A stretch of 64,000 bases of DNA from Guillardia theta CCMP2712 (GCF_000315625.1 NW_005434651.1:540045-604044), one strand, 5' to 3'. Shown: positions 29,160 through 46,043, counted from the first letter of the stretch. Notes: generated by a model not told the origin, from the sequence alone. Numbers and translations are program-made.

Positions 29160-30240
29160 CGATGAATGAACGGGGAGCAATGGCATGCTGGGGTTGTGAG
29201 GACGGCATTCTGAGAGGAGGAACCATCCATGCTTTCTGAAGCAGGACGCATGCTGATGGCACGAACAGAGATTGTGCATACGATGATATTGAGACAGAGA
29301 TATTGATGTAGATAGAGCTGACATTGGATGTTGTTGTGATGCTTGAACATGTTTGGTCGACCAATTTAGTTGATGTTTTCTGTCTTGCAGGACAAGAGTG
29401 GATTCTACACTCCTTTAGTTGTGCTCTTCGCAGTTGCACTCTGTGTTTCCCTGTCGGCCTTGGGTATTATTTCTTTCTATCATCGATCAATCGATCAGAT
29501 TTCATTGACTGTGACCGAAGGCTCGTCTGGGCATGAAGGAGAAGTTCCGGAGTTCGAAACGAACAAAGGCTATCCTGACCTGTCGGCCATCAAAGAAGAC
29601 CAGGTTGCTGTCTCTTACCTAACCGCTCTTGCGACTGATTTTCATCAAGTTGTATTGGCATGCGGCATCATCGATGGCTGGTTGCATGTGTGACCCTACG
29701 AAGGCCATGTTTTTTTGACGCATCCTTATGAAAGGAATGCCAATACAAGAGAATGTGCGGTGGGCACCTTCGACGTTTCAAGGGCCGGGTCATAAATCTC
29801 GGTTGTTGCAGCACTTGTTGTCAAGACTGAGGTTGGAGGGTGTGAGGGATCGGAGGAGCCTCGGTGATGACGTATCAGGAGTTACGAGGAGGAGGAGAAG
29901 CTTGTTCGAGCCTCCCAACGGTCCGTTTTGAAGCAGAGGATTCAAGCTCTGCAAAATGTGCTCGTTTTGACTCGTGAACCCTTGAGACTGAGCTTCTTAT
30001 TGGCGACGTGAGCAGGAGATTGAAGAATACATGCGCAAGGGCATGCTGAGACAAGATCCTCTCGCGACGTACCATGGGATGCCTGGTAACCACTGTCACA
30101 TTCGGAGGTTGGTTGTTTATGTGTTTGTGCAGGAATCCAACGCTCATGGTGACAGGGAGAATGACCGCCGGTGTCGAAGTTTCTCTGTTTATTCTTTAGC
30201 GGAAGTCACCCCACGATCATTCAATCATATATCATCATGA
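29160..30240 (+). CDS. Hypothetical single-pass membrane protein, multi-exon
   Basis: Hydrophobic segment FYTPLVVLFAVALCVSLSALGIISFY and several GT-AG-bounded coding-like exons. Confidence 0.45.
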
Positions 30241-30871
30241 TCCGACAGGGGGCTGAAGCCGTCACGACTGATGTAATCTAACAAGTTGGCCCGATTATCT
30301 TCAATCGCCATGCCACAATCGCAATCAAATGTAAATATTTTGGCTTGAAAGAAATGTTAGTATTGATTCAAACTTCAATGAATGATGAATAATTCGCAAT
30401 CATCGGATCACCGATATTTCCGTCTACCTCCTCGCGGACCGTTCGCCGGGCCCGGGGAGTCCAGTCACTCGCTGAGTCCACGGGCGGATCGGACCGCGGC
30501 GTGCCACGCCGTGTACGATACTACCGGCGGGCCTCGGCGCGGCCCGGGCCGCAGGGCCCGTGCCGCCGGCTGCAGCCGCGTCCTGGACTCGGACCCCCCG
30601 CACTGCACCGGGCCGGGCCCGGGTGCAGTGCGGGGGCGGCCTTGAGTTGTCCTACTCAAAATGCTTCGATCCCTCTCAAGCGCCTCATACTGATGAAGAT
30701 GAGGATCCCATAAGATGGGAAGAAGGCGAGGATGAGAGAGAATCAACAGGGAGAGAAGACATGTCAACGTCAAAGACTGCCAACATGACAAGACCGCAAG
30801 GCTGACTGAGTGTACATCCATGCAATTCCAACCGTAAGTGAGTTTCCTACCTCATAGTGCATATCTTGAGG

Positions 30872-35480
<4,609 letters not shown>

Positions 35481-35745
35481 CCCACCAGAGATCACTCAGA
35501 CATCTCACGGAGGTGGAGAACCGAAACTCGATGAGTAAAACTCAAAGTTCATGGTAACTTGCGGGCGGGGATAGTCACTGAGTCGCTCCGAGCGAGACTC
35601 GGGTTACCTAGAGTCCGGGCCCCGGCAGCCGGAGGCTTTCGGAGGCCCGGGCGCCGGCGGGCGGTTCCCGGGCCATGAACTCTGAGGCAGACTCGAGGTA
35701 GTTTTGAAAATGCGTGGAAAGCTAGGTGGGAGAAGTGCGAGGGGT

Positions 35746-35787
<42 letters not shown>

Positions 35788-36068
35788 AGGACAGGAGGAG
35801 CAGGAGCTTGGATGTTGTTGTCGTTTTGGATGTTGTGTGTTTGAATCCCCAACATGGTCGCTGCCCTCTGACTGTTCGCAGAGTGCAAGAGAAAAGATTG
35901 TTCTCCTTTGCATATAGATAAGTTTGCTGATTCTTTTATGTTGAGTGCAGCAGGCACAGATGGCATGTCACCTGAGATGAAGTGATTTCCAGATAATCGT
36001 TTGCGCAACCAGTAAGCTTGATGCTCTTCCCTTCCTCACTAACGTTGCAGCAGGATTCTCCTACCAGC

Positions 36069-38220
36069 ATGCGGATGCATGTAGCGTGTGCAAGCACTAT
36101 CTTCCTCTTGATCGTGCAACTACACACAACAACTGGAGACCTTGAAGGCTTGTTAGGGCAGCCTATCTCTGTCTCCTCCTTTCTCCGTGAATTTGAACGC
36201 CGGCTCCATGGTACTTCCCCCGCCCTGCCCTCCTTTCGCAGTTAACTCATGTATGCTTGAAAGATGAATGCAACCAAACGGCTCCGGTGTCAGCAACTGT
36301 GAAAGAGAATCAAACGGATGCGAGGAGGAAAACTGAGGAACTTTCAGATGAGGTGAGGGAGGAGGGAGGTTGGCTTGCTTGCTAACACTACTTGTTGGGA
36401 AGGAATCATCGTCGTCAGGTTCCGATCTGGACCCTTCCAACGAGGAGGGATCATTCTCTTCATTCTCCCATATGCACAACAACCAGACCAGCGACTCCGA
36501 TGACTGCCCCTCTGCATCCTGCACCTCACAGTCCCAGCGCGACAGGGACAAGGAAAAGATTTTCTATGGGCTGCAGCCATCGACGTCGGAGGGCGAGCAG
36601 CAGCGGCAGGAGCAGACGATCAAGTTCGGGAGGATGCGACTGCGGGCAAACGATCTTGTCCAGCTGGGGAAATTTGACAAGGCCCTTGACCTCTACGATC
36701 GATGCCTCGCGTTCGACATGTACGACGTGGCCGCTCTCAGCAACCGGGCGTTCGTCCACCTTCAGCTGGGCATGTTTGACAAGGCTGAGGAGGACTGCGA
36801 CCGGGCCCTCCAGCTGAAACCGGGGAGAGCGAAGCTACTGTACAGGAGAGGCATAGCAAGATGGAAGAGGGGAAGGATCTTCGGGGGGATGAGTGACTGC
36901 CGAGCTGCTCTCGAGCTGCTCCCTGCATCAGTGGAGGTGAGAGAGGCTCTGCGGGGGATGCTGGGGGACGCGAAGAAGTTTGTCGGCGATGAAAACATCT
37001 CCCACGTGCTTGCGCAGCACAACATCTTCCTGGGTGAAGTTGACATGCCTGAGATCAGCAACAACGTGACGTCAGCAGACTTTGAGGATACAAGACAGGC
37101 GCTGGGGGCTGCCGAGCAAGGGTTCCTCGCTGACATCGGGTTGATCGGCCCCTGCCAAACCAAGCAGATTTTCCACCAAACGCCCTTCGACCCCGAAAGT
37201 TTGATCCTACGAGACGCGCTGCTGGGACAGACGAGAGAGGAGGAGGAGGAAGCGAGAGAAAAGGAGAAGAAGGAAGGAGAGGAAATGAAGCAGATCGTCG
37301 AGCTCATCAATGAGGTCAAAACACGCATGACCGACACCAACGAGACAGGTCCCTCTGCGCGCAAGGTTCCTGCGCTCCCCGACTCAGATTTCGTCGGGCA
37401 CGTTTGTGTCCGAGAGCTGAAGCGAGAGGCGAGGAGGCAGGAAGGAGGAGCAGGCGATCCCAGGCAAGACTTGCGCTTCTCCTTATCGACAGAGTCGTCG
37501 AGGTTCCTCAAAGACTTGTGCAAGCAATTCAACCTTCACGTGTCAGGGAACAAGACCGTCCTCCTCGACAGGTTGATGGCGGGAGGTGAGGATCGCATTG
37601 CTAAGATCAGGCGAGTCCTCGAAGGACGGCAGAAAGAGCTGCTCGACAGGCTTGACCAGGACGACTCTGATCCTCCCTCCCAGTCTCCCTCTCGTGGCTC
37701 CTCTTCTCGAGAGCCCTCGAGCTTCCAACGGATAGTGCAGGAGCACGACACCCCGTGGACAGTGATGAACAAGGAGGACTTGATGGAGATGTACGACGAT
37801 CCCTACCATGGGCCGCCACTAGTTGAAGAACATGCACCAGTGAGCAAGCGCAACGGCAAGACATGGAGAAAGGAGAAGGAAATAGGAGGAGCTCAGAACA
37901 GTATTCCTCTGATCCCCGAGTCTGAGTTTGTGCGTGTGCTCGGTCCAGAGAAGCATCAGCAGCTGGTTGAGAAGGAGGCGAGAAAGAAAAAGCGCAGCAC
38001 TGTGGAGGAGGAGGAGGACGAGGAGGAGGACGAGGATAAGCAGCAGGATAATGCATTTCGAAGCGTCTCAGCAATCCATCAACCGCGTCGAACGTCTACC
38101 ATGCAAATGTTCGGACAGATCGTGAAGAGAAAGCAAGACGAGGTTATCAAGGCACGTGCGAGGAGAAGAAAGATTGCCAGCATGTTGTTCAAGCAGGCAC
38201 AGGTGAGTTCACAAACTTAA
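36069..38220 (+). CDS. Signal-peptide-bearing TPR plus SAP domain protein
   Basis: Exon 1 MRMHVACASTIFLLIVQLHTTTG spliced in phase via two short introns to the 36370 ORF. Three TPRs (RANDLVQLGKFDKALDLYDRCL..SNRAFVHLQLG..A..DCDRAL..KLLYRRG). SAP-like FLKDLCKQFNLHVSGNKTVLLDRL. Confidence 0.8.
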
Positions 38221-38364
38221 GATTTAATCAAGTAAACAAAATGACACACGAAACTACAAAATTCCATTTGCATCATCGGAAACTATTAACAACACAATCT
38301 ACTCAGCATACATATTCACATTGTACAAAACGAAGAGCAGTTGCTAATCAATCCGAAGTCAAAA

Positions 38365-39564
38365 TTACATTCCTGCCAGGGCTGGGTCGTTGACATTGTT
38401 ACACTCCCACAGCAAGCTGAGGTCTTCGTCCTCGAAAACAGGGTTTGTCTCACTGATAAACTGAGAATCGACTGGCTCCGACGACCACGCAAAATTGTTT
38501 GACTCATCAACAGACGTTGCCGCATTCACGTCCTTTATCGCCTCAAAGTTCTTTCCGCTGTCAATCACCTCATTCTGCACATCGCAGGGCGATCGTTCAA
38601 CAACAGTGTTCGTCGTGGCTTCCTTCTCTGAGCTCAAACTTTCGACACTTCGCAGCTTGCTGTGCTGCTCGATGAAGCATTTCCAGAGATCTCTGGTGGT
38701 CGCACTCATCTTCTCCAGCTCAAACTGGCTCGGAAAGGCAAGATTGTTGAACTCATAAGTGGGCACCGCACCGTCGAATTCCTCAATCTCCTCTTTAGTC
38801 CAGATGGCACTTGTGTCTGGGTGTTTCGAAAGCAGATTCTTCAATATTAGCTGCCTCCTCTTGTAAGATTCCAAGAGCTTTGCTGCCACGGGAATCCCGC
38901 TCTTCACTCCATGAAGCAAGATCCCTTGCGAGTCCATGTCCGGAGATAGGCCCTCGACAGCGAAAGTGTCCGATGGCGCAGGGTCGTTCCTAGCAACAGA
39001 CGGTAGATTTCGGGATTTCTTGCAGTTTCTCTCAGCTACTGGGAATCCACTTTGAGCCTCGACCATGTCTTGCCACCAACTAACTCCTGCTGCATTCTTG
39101 CGACTTCTGTTGAGCTCCTTTCGGCTTACAGCCTGGGGCGATGGAACGGAATCGTATGAGCCCACAGACGATGGACTGGAGGGCTTGGACCCATCGGAAG
39201 GGGAAGTCACGACACCATTATCGTAGTATGTAGGAGAATAATTTGCCAGGTACTGATCCTGCGAGTCCATGCTTTCGGGGTACACAAAACTTTCCAGAAT
39301 GTCTTGGTTGCTCTCTGTGTACGTGGTGGGAAGCCTGTTGATGAGCAGCTGGGGACTAGATGAGAATGGGTCTTCGAATCGAAAGACTTGAGGAATAAGC
39401 TCCCTCTCCGTGCGTTGAATCCTTCTCTTGAGAGTTGTGCCCAACAAACTTGCACACCTTGCACTGACCTTCCTGCGCGACGACGGCATGCTGTATCCGT
39501 GCACCTGATTTTGAGATCCAATAAAAGAGCTATACGAGTTTTGACCAATGCCAGTTTCTGACAT
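38365..39564 (-). CDS. Hypothetical Ser-rich protein (~400 aa)
   Basis: Long uninterrupted ORF with protein-like composition. No domain recognised. Confidence 0.6.
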   Translation of the reverse strand: MSETGIGQNSYSSFIGSQNQVHGYSMPSSRRKVSARCASLLGTTLKRRIQRTERELIPQVFRFEDPFSSSPQLLINRLPTTYTESNQDILESFVYPESMDSQDQYLANYSPTYYDNGVVTSPSDGSKPSSPSSVGSYDSVPSPQAVSRKELNRSRKNAAGVSWWQDMVEAQSGFPVAERNCKKSRNLPSVARNDPAPSDTFAVEGLSPDMDSQGILLHGVKSGIPVAAKLLESYKRRQLILKNLLSKHPDTSAIWTKEEIEEFDGAVPTYEFNNLAFPSQFELEKMSATTRDLWKCFIEQHSKLRSVESLSSEKEATTNTVVERSPCDVQNEVIDSGKNFEAIKDVNAATSVDESNNFAWSSEPVDSQFISETNPVFEDEDLSLLWECNNVNDPALAGM

Positions 39565-40009
39565 ACACGATGTCTTATAAACCCTCGACGTGAGCAAGAA
39601 AGCAAAAGAGATGTCCAGTATCCAAAAATAAAATAGTATTCGCCTGCAAGAGAAACGTCAATTTTGATTGTTTCCGGTAGAAATCATTTCTCAAATGGTA
39701 AAGGAACAGATAGCAAACATGTAATACGAGGGTAAAAAGAAATCTTTCAGAGAATGAACCCACTCCCTTACTGATCTTTTATCCCCTTCAACAAATCATA
39801 CTGATCCGTCTCCACGGAAAATCCTCAACAAAACACTGCAGTGAGAAACTTGCTTCCTGTTCTTGTGCAAATCCACCATAATTGTACAACACACCATCTC
39901 AAACATGATGTGTTTCCATTCCTGTCATCGTCTCCTCTTACAAAACACTACCATTTCTTGCCCTCACCCTGCCAACGCCCTACTCGCTTCTCTGCATGTG
40001 CTGATCCAC

Positions 40010-41960
40010 AGCAGAGGAATGTGGGGGTACCTGCACCCCTTACCCCTGTAGTGTGGGGTAGTCTTTCATCCGATGCAGAGTCGTGGGGTGGGTACTTGAG
40101 ATCCTGCATGAGATCACCCGGTAGTTATTCAGGATTCCGCAGGGAAACAGACCGGTGATAATTAAATCATGGGGTGCTTGTGAAAAAGGACATTAGGGCA
40201 CCGTACCAGGTTTCGCCGTTGCGGGTGGTGGGTCTACCCCTTTACTACCAGGATACGGTGGAGATCCAGCCCTCTGTTTAAAACATGTTTTCCTGAAAAA
40301 TGCTAAAAGTAATTTAAATGCTTTTTTGGACCCTCCACGTGAGGATCGGGTATGTAAATAGTTCGAAATACCGCTATTTCGATAGAATTGAGTATGTTTT
40401 TTAATATGATAAGCAGTGAAAACGAAATGCTTTGTAAAATATTAGACATGTACAAAACTCGTTTTATATTTCGAACCGTCGATTTTTCTGAACGGTACAT
40501 TTTGATATACGTCCCTTCCTGCAGTGGACCGGCTTTGTCCTACTCCAACATTTAAACTCAATATTGAAATGATACTCTTTATTTTGATTCTTTGATGACT
40601 TGAATGTTTCAAACGAGGCATCGGGGATCTCCCGTAAAGTTGCGATCTCGGTTTTGAGATCTGTTTCTGGTACAATCTCCTTCCCCAGATTACTCCTATC
40701 GGTGTAGTCAGGACCCCCGTACAACTGAAGGGGGGAGGGTGCTAAAACACGGAAAGGGGGAGGGTGCTTCGGGACCGGGGTTCTCCCGAGTCATCGATCA
40801 CGGAGGGTCTTCTGTTTGATGGGGTCCTGGAACATAGGGTGGTAGGGGGTGGAAAACTTGGGGTTCTTCTACCCGAGCCGATCACGAACAATGTACCCGA
40901 AGACAATGCGACCCTACCTCCTCTCGAGGCGGCCTTCTCCGCTAATTCCACCCCACAATCTTCTTGGGGATCGCCAAGGGTGGGTACGGTCCTGTGACAA
41001 ATGGTAGATTCGAAATGGTGGGGGTGGGTACAATCTGAACCCCTACTCATTTTTTGAAGCAAAAAATCGAAGGAGAAAAATGGTTCAGAAGCAAAGAGGG
41101 TGGCTCCTTCAATCGAGGGTTCCCTCTACCTCCACCCCTCCTTCTTCCTAGGAATGCACCCGTCCGAGTGCGCACAGCATCGTTCCCCCTTGCTGGGTGT
41201 CGTGTGTAGTCAGCGCTGCCACCTTTCGCTTTCGACGGATGGGGTACCACAGGGGAAGGGTGCCAAAAAGGGAGGTAGGGTCCAAAGAAGAGGGGCTTTA
41301 ATTGTTAACAACAATAACAAGTATCAACGGGATGAAGGGGTGGTGATTTCTTGTAGGGGGTAGCAGGACAGAAAAGGAGTTGCAGGGCGTGGAAGGAGGG
41401 GTGGTAGAGATGAAGCTACTCGTGCCCTGGGGGAAGAAGTTGAGATGAGGCTCGTGAACCTGATGTTGTTGTTAAATCAGGATGGGAAGGGTTAAAACAT
41501 GGTATATTGGAGGGGTGGTTTAAGGAAAAGAGCTACTCAACTCTTTAAAGCCTAGTCACGTATAGCAGCCGGCGACAATCCGAAACTCCGACTCCCGGTG
41601 AACCGGCCCTCCGGACTGAAAAAGATGGGTGGGTGATCCTGAAGTGTGTTCCGAATCTCTCAAAAGGTGGGTGATGAAGACTAGGATGTGAGGGTGGGGT
41701 GAACATGAGTGTGGGGTCCGCATAGTTGTAGTGGGGAAGGGTCCTCTAGTCATGGCGGCCACTGACGGAACCATCCGTGACGCGGAAGAGACGTAGACGA
41801 GGATGACACATAAAGAAATCCCCCAACTTACCCTGTCCTCTCGACCGCATCGGCTTGGGGAAGGGTACAAACATTGTAGGGGACAGGGGTGATATAAAAG
41901 GGAATTGAGTGGTGCCTCGGAGTGATCTCCGGCTTGAAAGGGGGGTACTGATCATCCGAT
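40010..41960. promoter_or_regulatory. Long GGGGT/ACCCC-studded intergenic tract with an AT-rich core (40280-40620)
   Basis: Dozens of GGGGT/ACCCC words on both strands between divergent genes. Confidence 0.5.
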
Positions 41961-41969
41961 TAACTTGGG

Positions 41970-42580
41970 ACCGTGCGGAGGCCGCAGGAGCGGCTGCTGA
42001 CCATGCGAGCATGTTCCGACATGACTCGGCGCCGCTCCGGCACGGTTTCCCAGTCACCGGGCCCGCCCTCCGGACCCGGATTTCAATGGCGATGATCGAG
42101 CGGCTCGGGCCGAGTCCGATGATCCGACCGACCGGGCCGGGCCCGGCGGGCGGCCGGGCGCGGCCGGCGCGGCGGGCCCGGCCGCCGGCGGCCAGTCCTG
42201 GCATCGGCCCGAGAAGCCGCATGAGACTCAGTCATCGCTGACCGGTCACGGCCGTGGCCCAGTGGCACGGTGGTGCGGCACGCCCGGGTTCCCGGCGGGA
42301 GACGGGCCGGCCGGTTCAACGGTGAGGTTATGCCGGGCGCCGGTCCGCGCGGCCGGGCCGGCCGCGGGCCGCGGCCCGACGCCGGGTTAATGACTGTGAC
42401 TGGCAAACGGTCCGACCGAGTCCGGGCTGGCCGGGCCGCCCGGCTCCGGGCCATGTGGCCCGTCGCCCCGGACTCGACCGGGTAGTCGTTCAGTCGCACT
42501 GCGCGGCCAGCGGCCCGGGCGCCGGCCAGCGACTCCGGGCCGACACCCGACTCGGCGGCAGCAGGCAAGCCGGGCCTGTT
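41970..42580. promoter_or_regulatory. CCGG-rich GC island upstream of the BI-1 family gene
   Basis: Very dense CCGG/GGCC plus GACTC/GAGTC/GTCAC words, with sharp boundaries. Confidence 0.55.
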
Positions 42581-42649
42581 TTCAATAATTGGAATGAGCT
42601 GCCTTTTCTGGGGTGTTGGATTTGCTCTGGGGCGGGTTTTTGGTCACTG

Positions 42650-44086
42650 ATGAAAGTCCATACCAACAATGATTTTCAGCTTAAGTTAACTTTGAGTAAA
42701 AGAAAGGTGGATGATAGTCCGGACCCGTCGAACTTGAATGCTGGGGAAGGAGCGAATGCGGCTAATGGCGGGGGGGGGAAGCGAGAGACCATCGAACTGG
42801 AAGGTAAGCTAACATCATCATGAATGTTCTCTCCTGGTGTTGCTCTTGGGGCGTCGGCTCACTTAGTTGCGTGCTGTGTGTCCGCTGCACAGCAAGCAGA
42901 ACTGGTAGGGTGGCCTTCGCCGGTTTACAACACGGAGGAAGAGCGAATATCAGTCCAGCACGGCTTTATGCGGAAAGTAATGTAGAACGATGCATGATCG
43001 GATGTTGTTGATTATGCTCCAGGTGTATGGCATCCTCTGTTTGCAGCTGCTTGCCACGGTCACGATGTGCTGGGTAGTCATGTACACCACCGCAGTGAAT
43101 CGATTTGTTCTTTCCAATCCATGGTTGACCATCGTATCCTTTGTGACAAGTACGCACTGTTCATATCATTCGCATCCCCCATGGAGCAAGTGTTCACATT
43201 AATGCAGCCATTGCTTTGATCTTCGCTCTGCAAGTCTACAAGAATAAGTATCCAACCAACATGCAGCTACTCATGGCCTTCACGTTTGCCGAGTCCTTTG
43301 CCGTCGCTGCAGGTCCTCTTGCTCTGCTTCCCGTCTCCTCCTGACTTTGTGACAGTCTGCGCGCATTACGAGGCTCATGGTGTGGGCCAGCTCGTCGGGA
43401 TGGCATGGGGCATCACTCTCATCATCTTTGCTGGGTTGACTGTCTTCGTGCATGTTTCACGATGGGACTTCTCCTTCATGGTGAGGGGGGTGACTGAGTG
43501 AGGATGGCAAGTTAGCGATGTGCATCAGGGGCGGCTTGGGCGGGCGCGAGGGAGGGGAGCCGGGGGAGGGGGGGAGTTGAGCGGGGGAAGGGAGGGAGGA
43601 GGGAACGAGGTGTGAGCTGCGCTTGAGACAGGAACGATGATGGAGAGACAAGATCTTGTTCTTTTATTTGACACTGATAGTCTGTCAGGGCCTTTTTCTT
43701 CCTGCTGCGCTTGTTGGATTTCTTCTGTGAACCTGAGGATGAATTCAAACGATCTACTGATGCAGAATGCAGGTACTCCGTGGTCTGTCTCTTTGTGGGT
43801 ATTCATGCTGGATACACCTTCGCCTTTCTCGGAGCACTTCTCTTCAGCGCGTTCATCATCTATGACACGTATGGCAAGATGATCTTGTCCTGGTGATGAT
43901 GGTGTGTTGTTGGGCAGGCATCAGATTATGACCAAGTTGGGCTGCGACGACTACATCACAGCTTGCATTGAGGTTCCTGAGTTGTTTTCCCGTCCGACAC
44001 GCTGATGATGATTGCCGCGGCAGCTCTACCTCGACATCATCAACCTCTTCCTCATGATCCTGCAGCTTCTTGGACACGAGAAGTGA
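42650..44086 (+). CDS. Bax inhibitor-1/LFG (TMBIM4-like) membrane protein
   Basis: QHGFMRK|VYGILCLQLLATV, KYPTNMQLLMAFT, WDFSF, FLGALLFSAFIIYDT|HQIMTKLGCDDYITACIE|LYLDIINLFLMILQLL. Confidence 0.92.
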
Positions 44087-44109
44087 AGCAGGGCTCGACT
44101 GAAACGTTA

Positions 44110-44185
44110 GTGTCGGACGTGGGCGATCGTGTCGGACGTGGGCGATCGTGTCGGACGTGGGCGATCGTGTCGGACGTGGGCGATC
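44110..44185 (+). repeat. 19-bp minisatellite GTGTCGGACGTGGGCGATC x4
   Basis: Four perfect contiguous copies. Confidence 0.95.
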
Positions 44186-44295
44186 TTGGCACCTAGATGA
44201 TCTCCGGCTGTTGTACATCATATACTTGAATCGTGTCGCTGCTCTTTCAGTTGTTCCCTTGGAGGAGGAGCGAATTCCAACGATGAAGAGAATGC

Positions 44296-46043
44296 TTAGT
44301 GAACAAGAGCAGCAATCTTCTGCGCAACCTGCTAATGTGATGAGAGGTTTGAACGTGCCGCGTTAAGGAGTCGATCTTGCACCGTCCCCACTCAATGCTC
44401 ACCAGGATGTTTGCAAGGATAACCTTGTCCTCGTCGCACGGCAGTCGGAGATCCTTCACTCTGACGATGGCGTTCGGGCGACTGAAGAGATCTGGCAGCA
44501 AGAGAACATCACTCGATGAACAACAGGCAGGAGGAGCTGGACCTCCCAGTGCCTCGATGTACTTGCCAGGAAGCTTGAACCTGTGAAGTTTCCCCTGTTA
44601 TCCACAATCAAAGAGCTCATCATCCACGAGGACTGTCACCATGTTGGACTCCCGCATGTGATATTTCCTTTCGTTGTTCAGGTCCGATATGATGGACAAC
44701 CTGACCCTCGTTGTGCAGCCTGCACTTCCCTCATGATCTCCATCCCTGTCATGCTCATCTTCCATGATCAGCCTCTTCCTCGACATCTCCTTCATGCACA
44801 GAGAGCTCGTCAGCCAGAATGTCTTGTTGAAGGACATGTGATGCGAGAGTTGGCGATGCTTTCCCCTTGCCTTCTCTTTTTGGATTGTGCACGTCTGGTT
44901 GCTCGCTGAGAGTCTCGGCTGCTCCAGAACCCTGGTCTCCTTGCCCTGATGAGCTCGAAGAACTACATCTGCAAACTTCCTTGGCATCCTCCCGCATATG
45001 AAATCAGCAGCCATCAAGTCGACGGCTTTGTCAACCGCGCCAGTCATGCTCTCCGCAAGCCTATGCGTCAAGTTCCTCGCCTTCTCCAACAAACTCTCTC
45101 TCCTCTCGCACGTGCGATTGACAACCCCATGAGCCATGCCAAGAACCCGCAGGGTATCGAGAGGGATAGAACGCCTGAGCTCCTGCTCCTCTTCCGCTGC
45201 CTGCCTCACAGCGTAAGGGAGAGCGGCGAGGAGGAGGTCATCCCAAGCTTGATGCTGGTACGCGGAGATGGTGAGATGAATCGAGGGAGAGGAGCGCGTG
45301 CTAGCCTGATGGACTGTTCCCCTTGGCATGTACAGCAGATCGCCAGGCTTCAAGACGACGTCGAGGACTGGCTCGCCGATTTCCTTATCTCGCATGTCCC
45401 TGCTGTAGCTCTTGGGCCAACGGACCTTGGGTGCGTACAAGCGCCATCGCTTCCTACCGTGCAGCTGGAAGACAAACACGTCCACGTCATCATGGTGGGG
45501 AGCGAGACCCTGCGAATGAGAGGGAGTGACGTACAGGCTGCTCCCCACAAGGCTATGGAGCACCTGCTCCAGCTGCGCACAGACAGCTGCTACAGGCGTG
45601 CACAGGTGCTGGGGTGAGAAGATCTGCGCTGTGTATCCTCGACAGATTTGGCGCTTCAGCTCTGACGCGCTCGTTCCTCTTATCCTCCTCTCCCTCCGGA
45701 CGCCATCCTTGTACTTGCAGACCCTGAGGTTGGACCGTGCCATGGAGACTCTTCCGCGCCCTACGTAGCGCATCACATCCTTAAGGCTCAGGATGTTGCC
45801 GTAGAAGTTGGACCTCCCCCTCTTCACGTGAAGGTGTCGCTGCTCCCAGAAGTTGATGAAGAACTCTTCGACCGTCACTTCTTTTCCCAGAAGACACTGG
45901 AAGAACCTCCGAGGTCCCTCTTCCTGTGCCACTTGCGCCCGAGCATGGTCGAGCTCCGCGCCAGATTCAGTCCTCATAGCTATCGTCAGCAGGAGGAAGA
46001 GAACCATGCTCAGTGGGTAGCCAGAGAGTTGAAGCTGCTTCAT
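44296..46043 (-). CDS. JmjC ribosomal oxygenase-like protein (NO66/RIOX family) with signal-peptide-like N-terminus
   Basis: EEFFINFWEQRHLHVKR, SLYVTPSHSQGLAPHHDDVDVFVFQLHGRKRWRLY, VLKPGDLLYMPRGTVHQA, SIHLTIS. Extra 3' exons (VKDLRLPCDEDKVILANIL) resemble the C-terminal winged helix. Confidence 0.9.

Noticed and set aside
36300-36355. Ubiquitin-like RMRGG motif after the signal peptide of the TPR-SAP gene
   Set aside because: It lies in a frame incompatible with the flanking splice phases. The in-phase reading is KENQTDARRKTEELSDE.
41746-42823. Arg/Pro/Gly-rich ORFs over the CCGG islands
   Set aside because: Stop-poor GC-rich DNA with no domain signal. The same artefact occurs at every island.
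44110-44185. Possible CRISPR array
   Set aside because: Repeats are contiguous with no spacers, the context is eukaryotic, and no cas genes are present.
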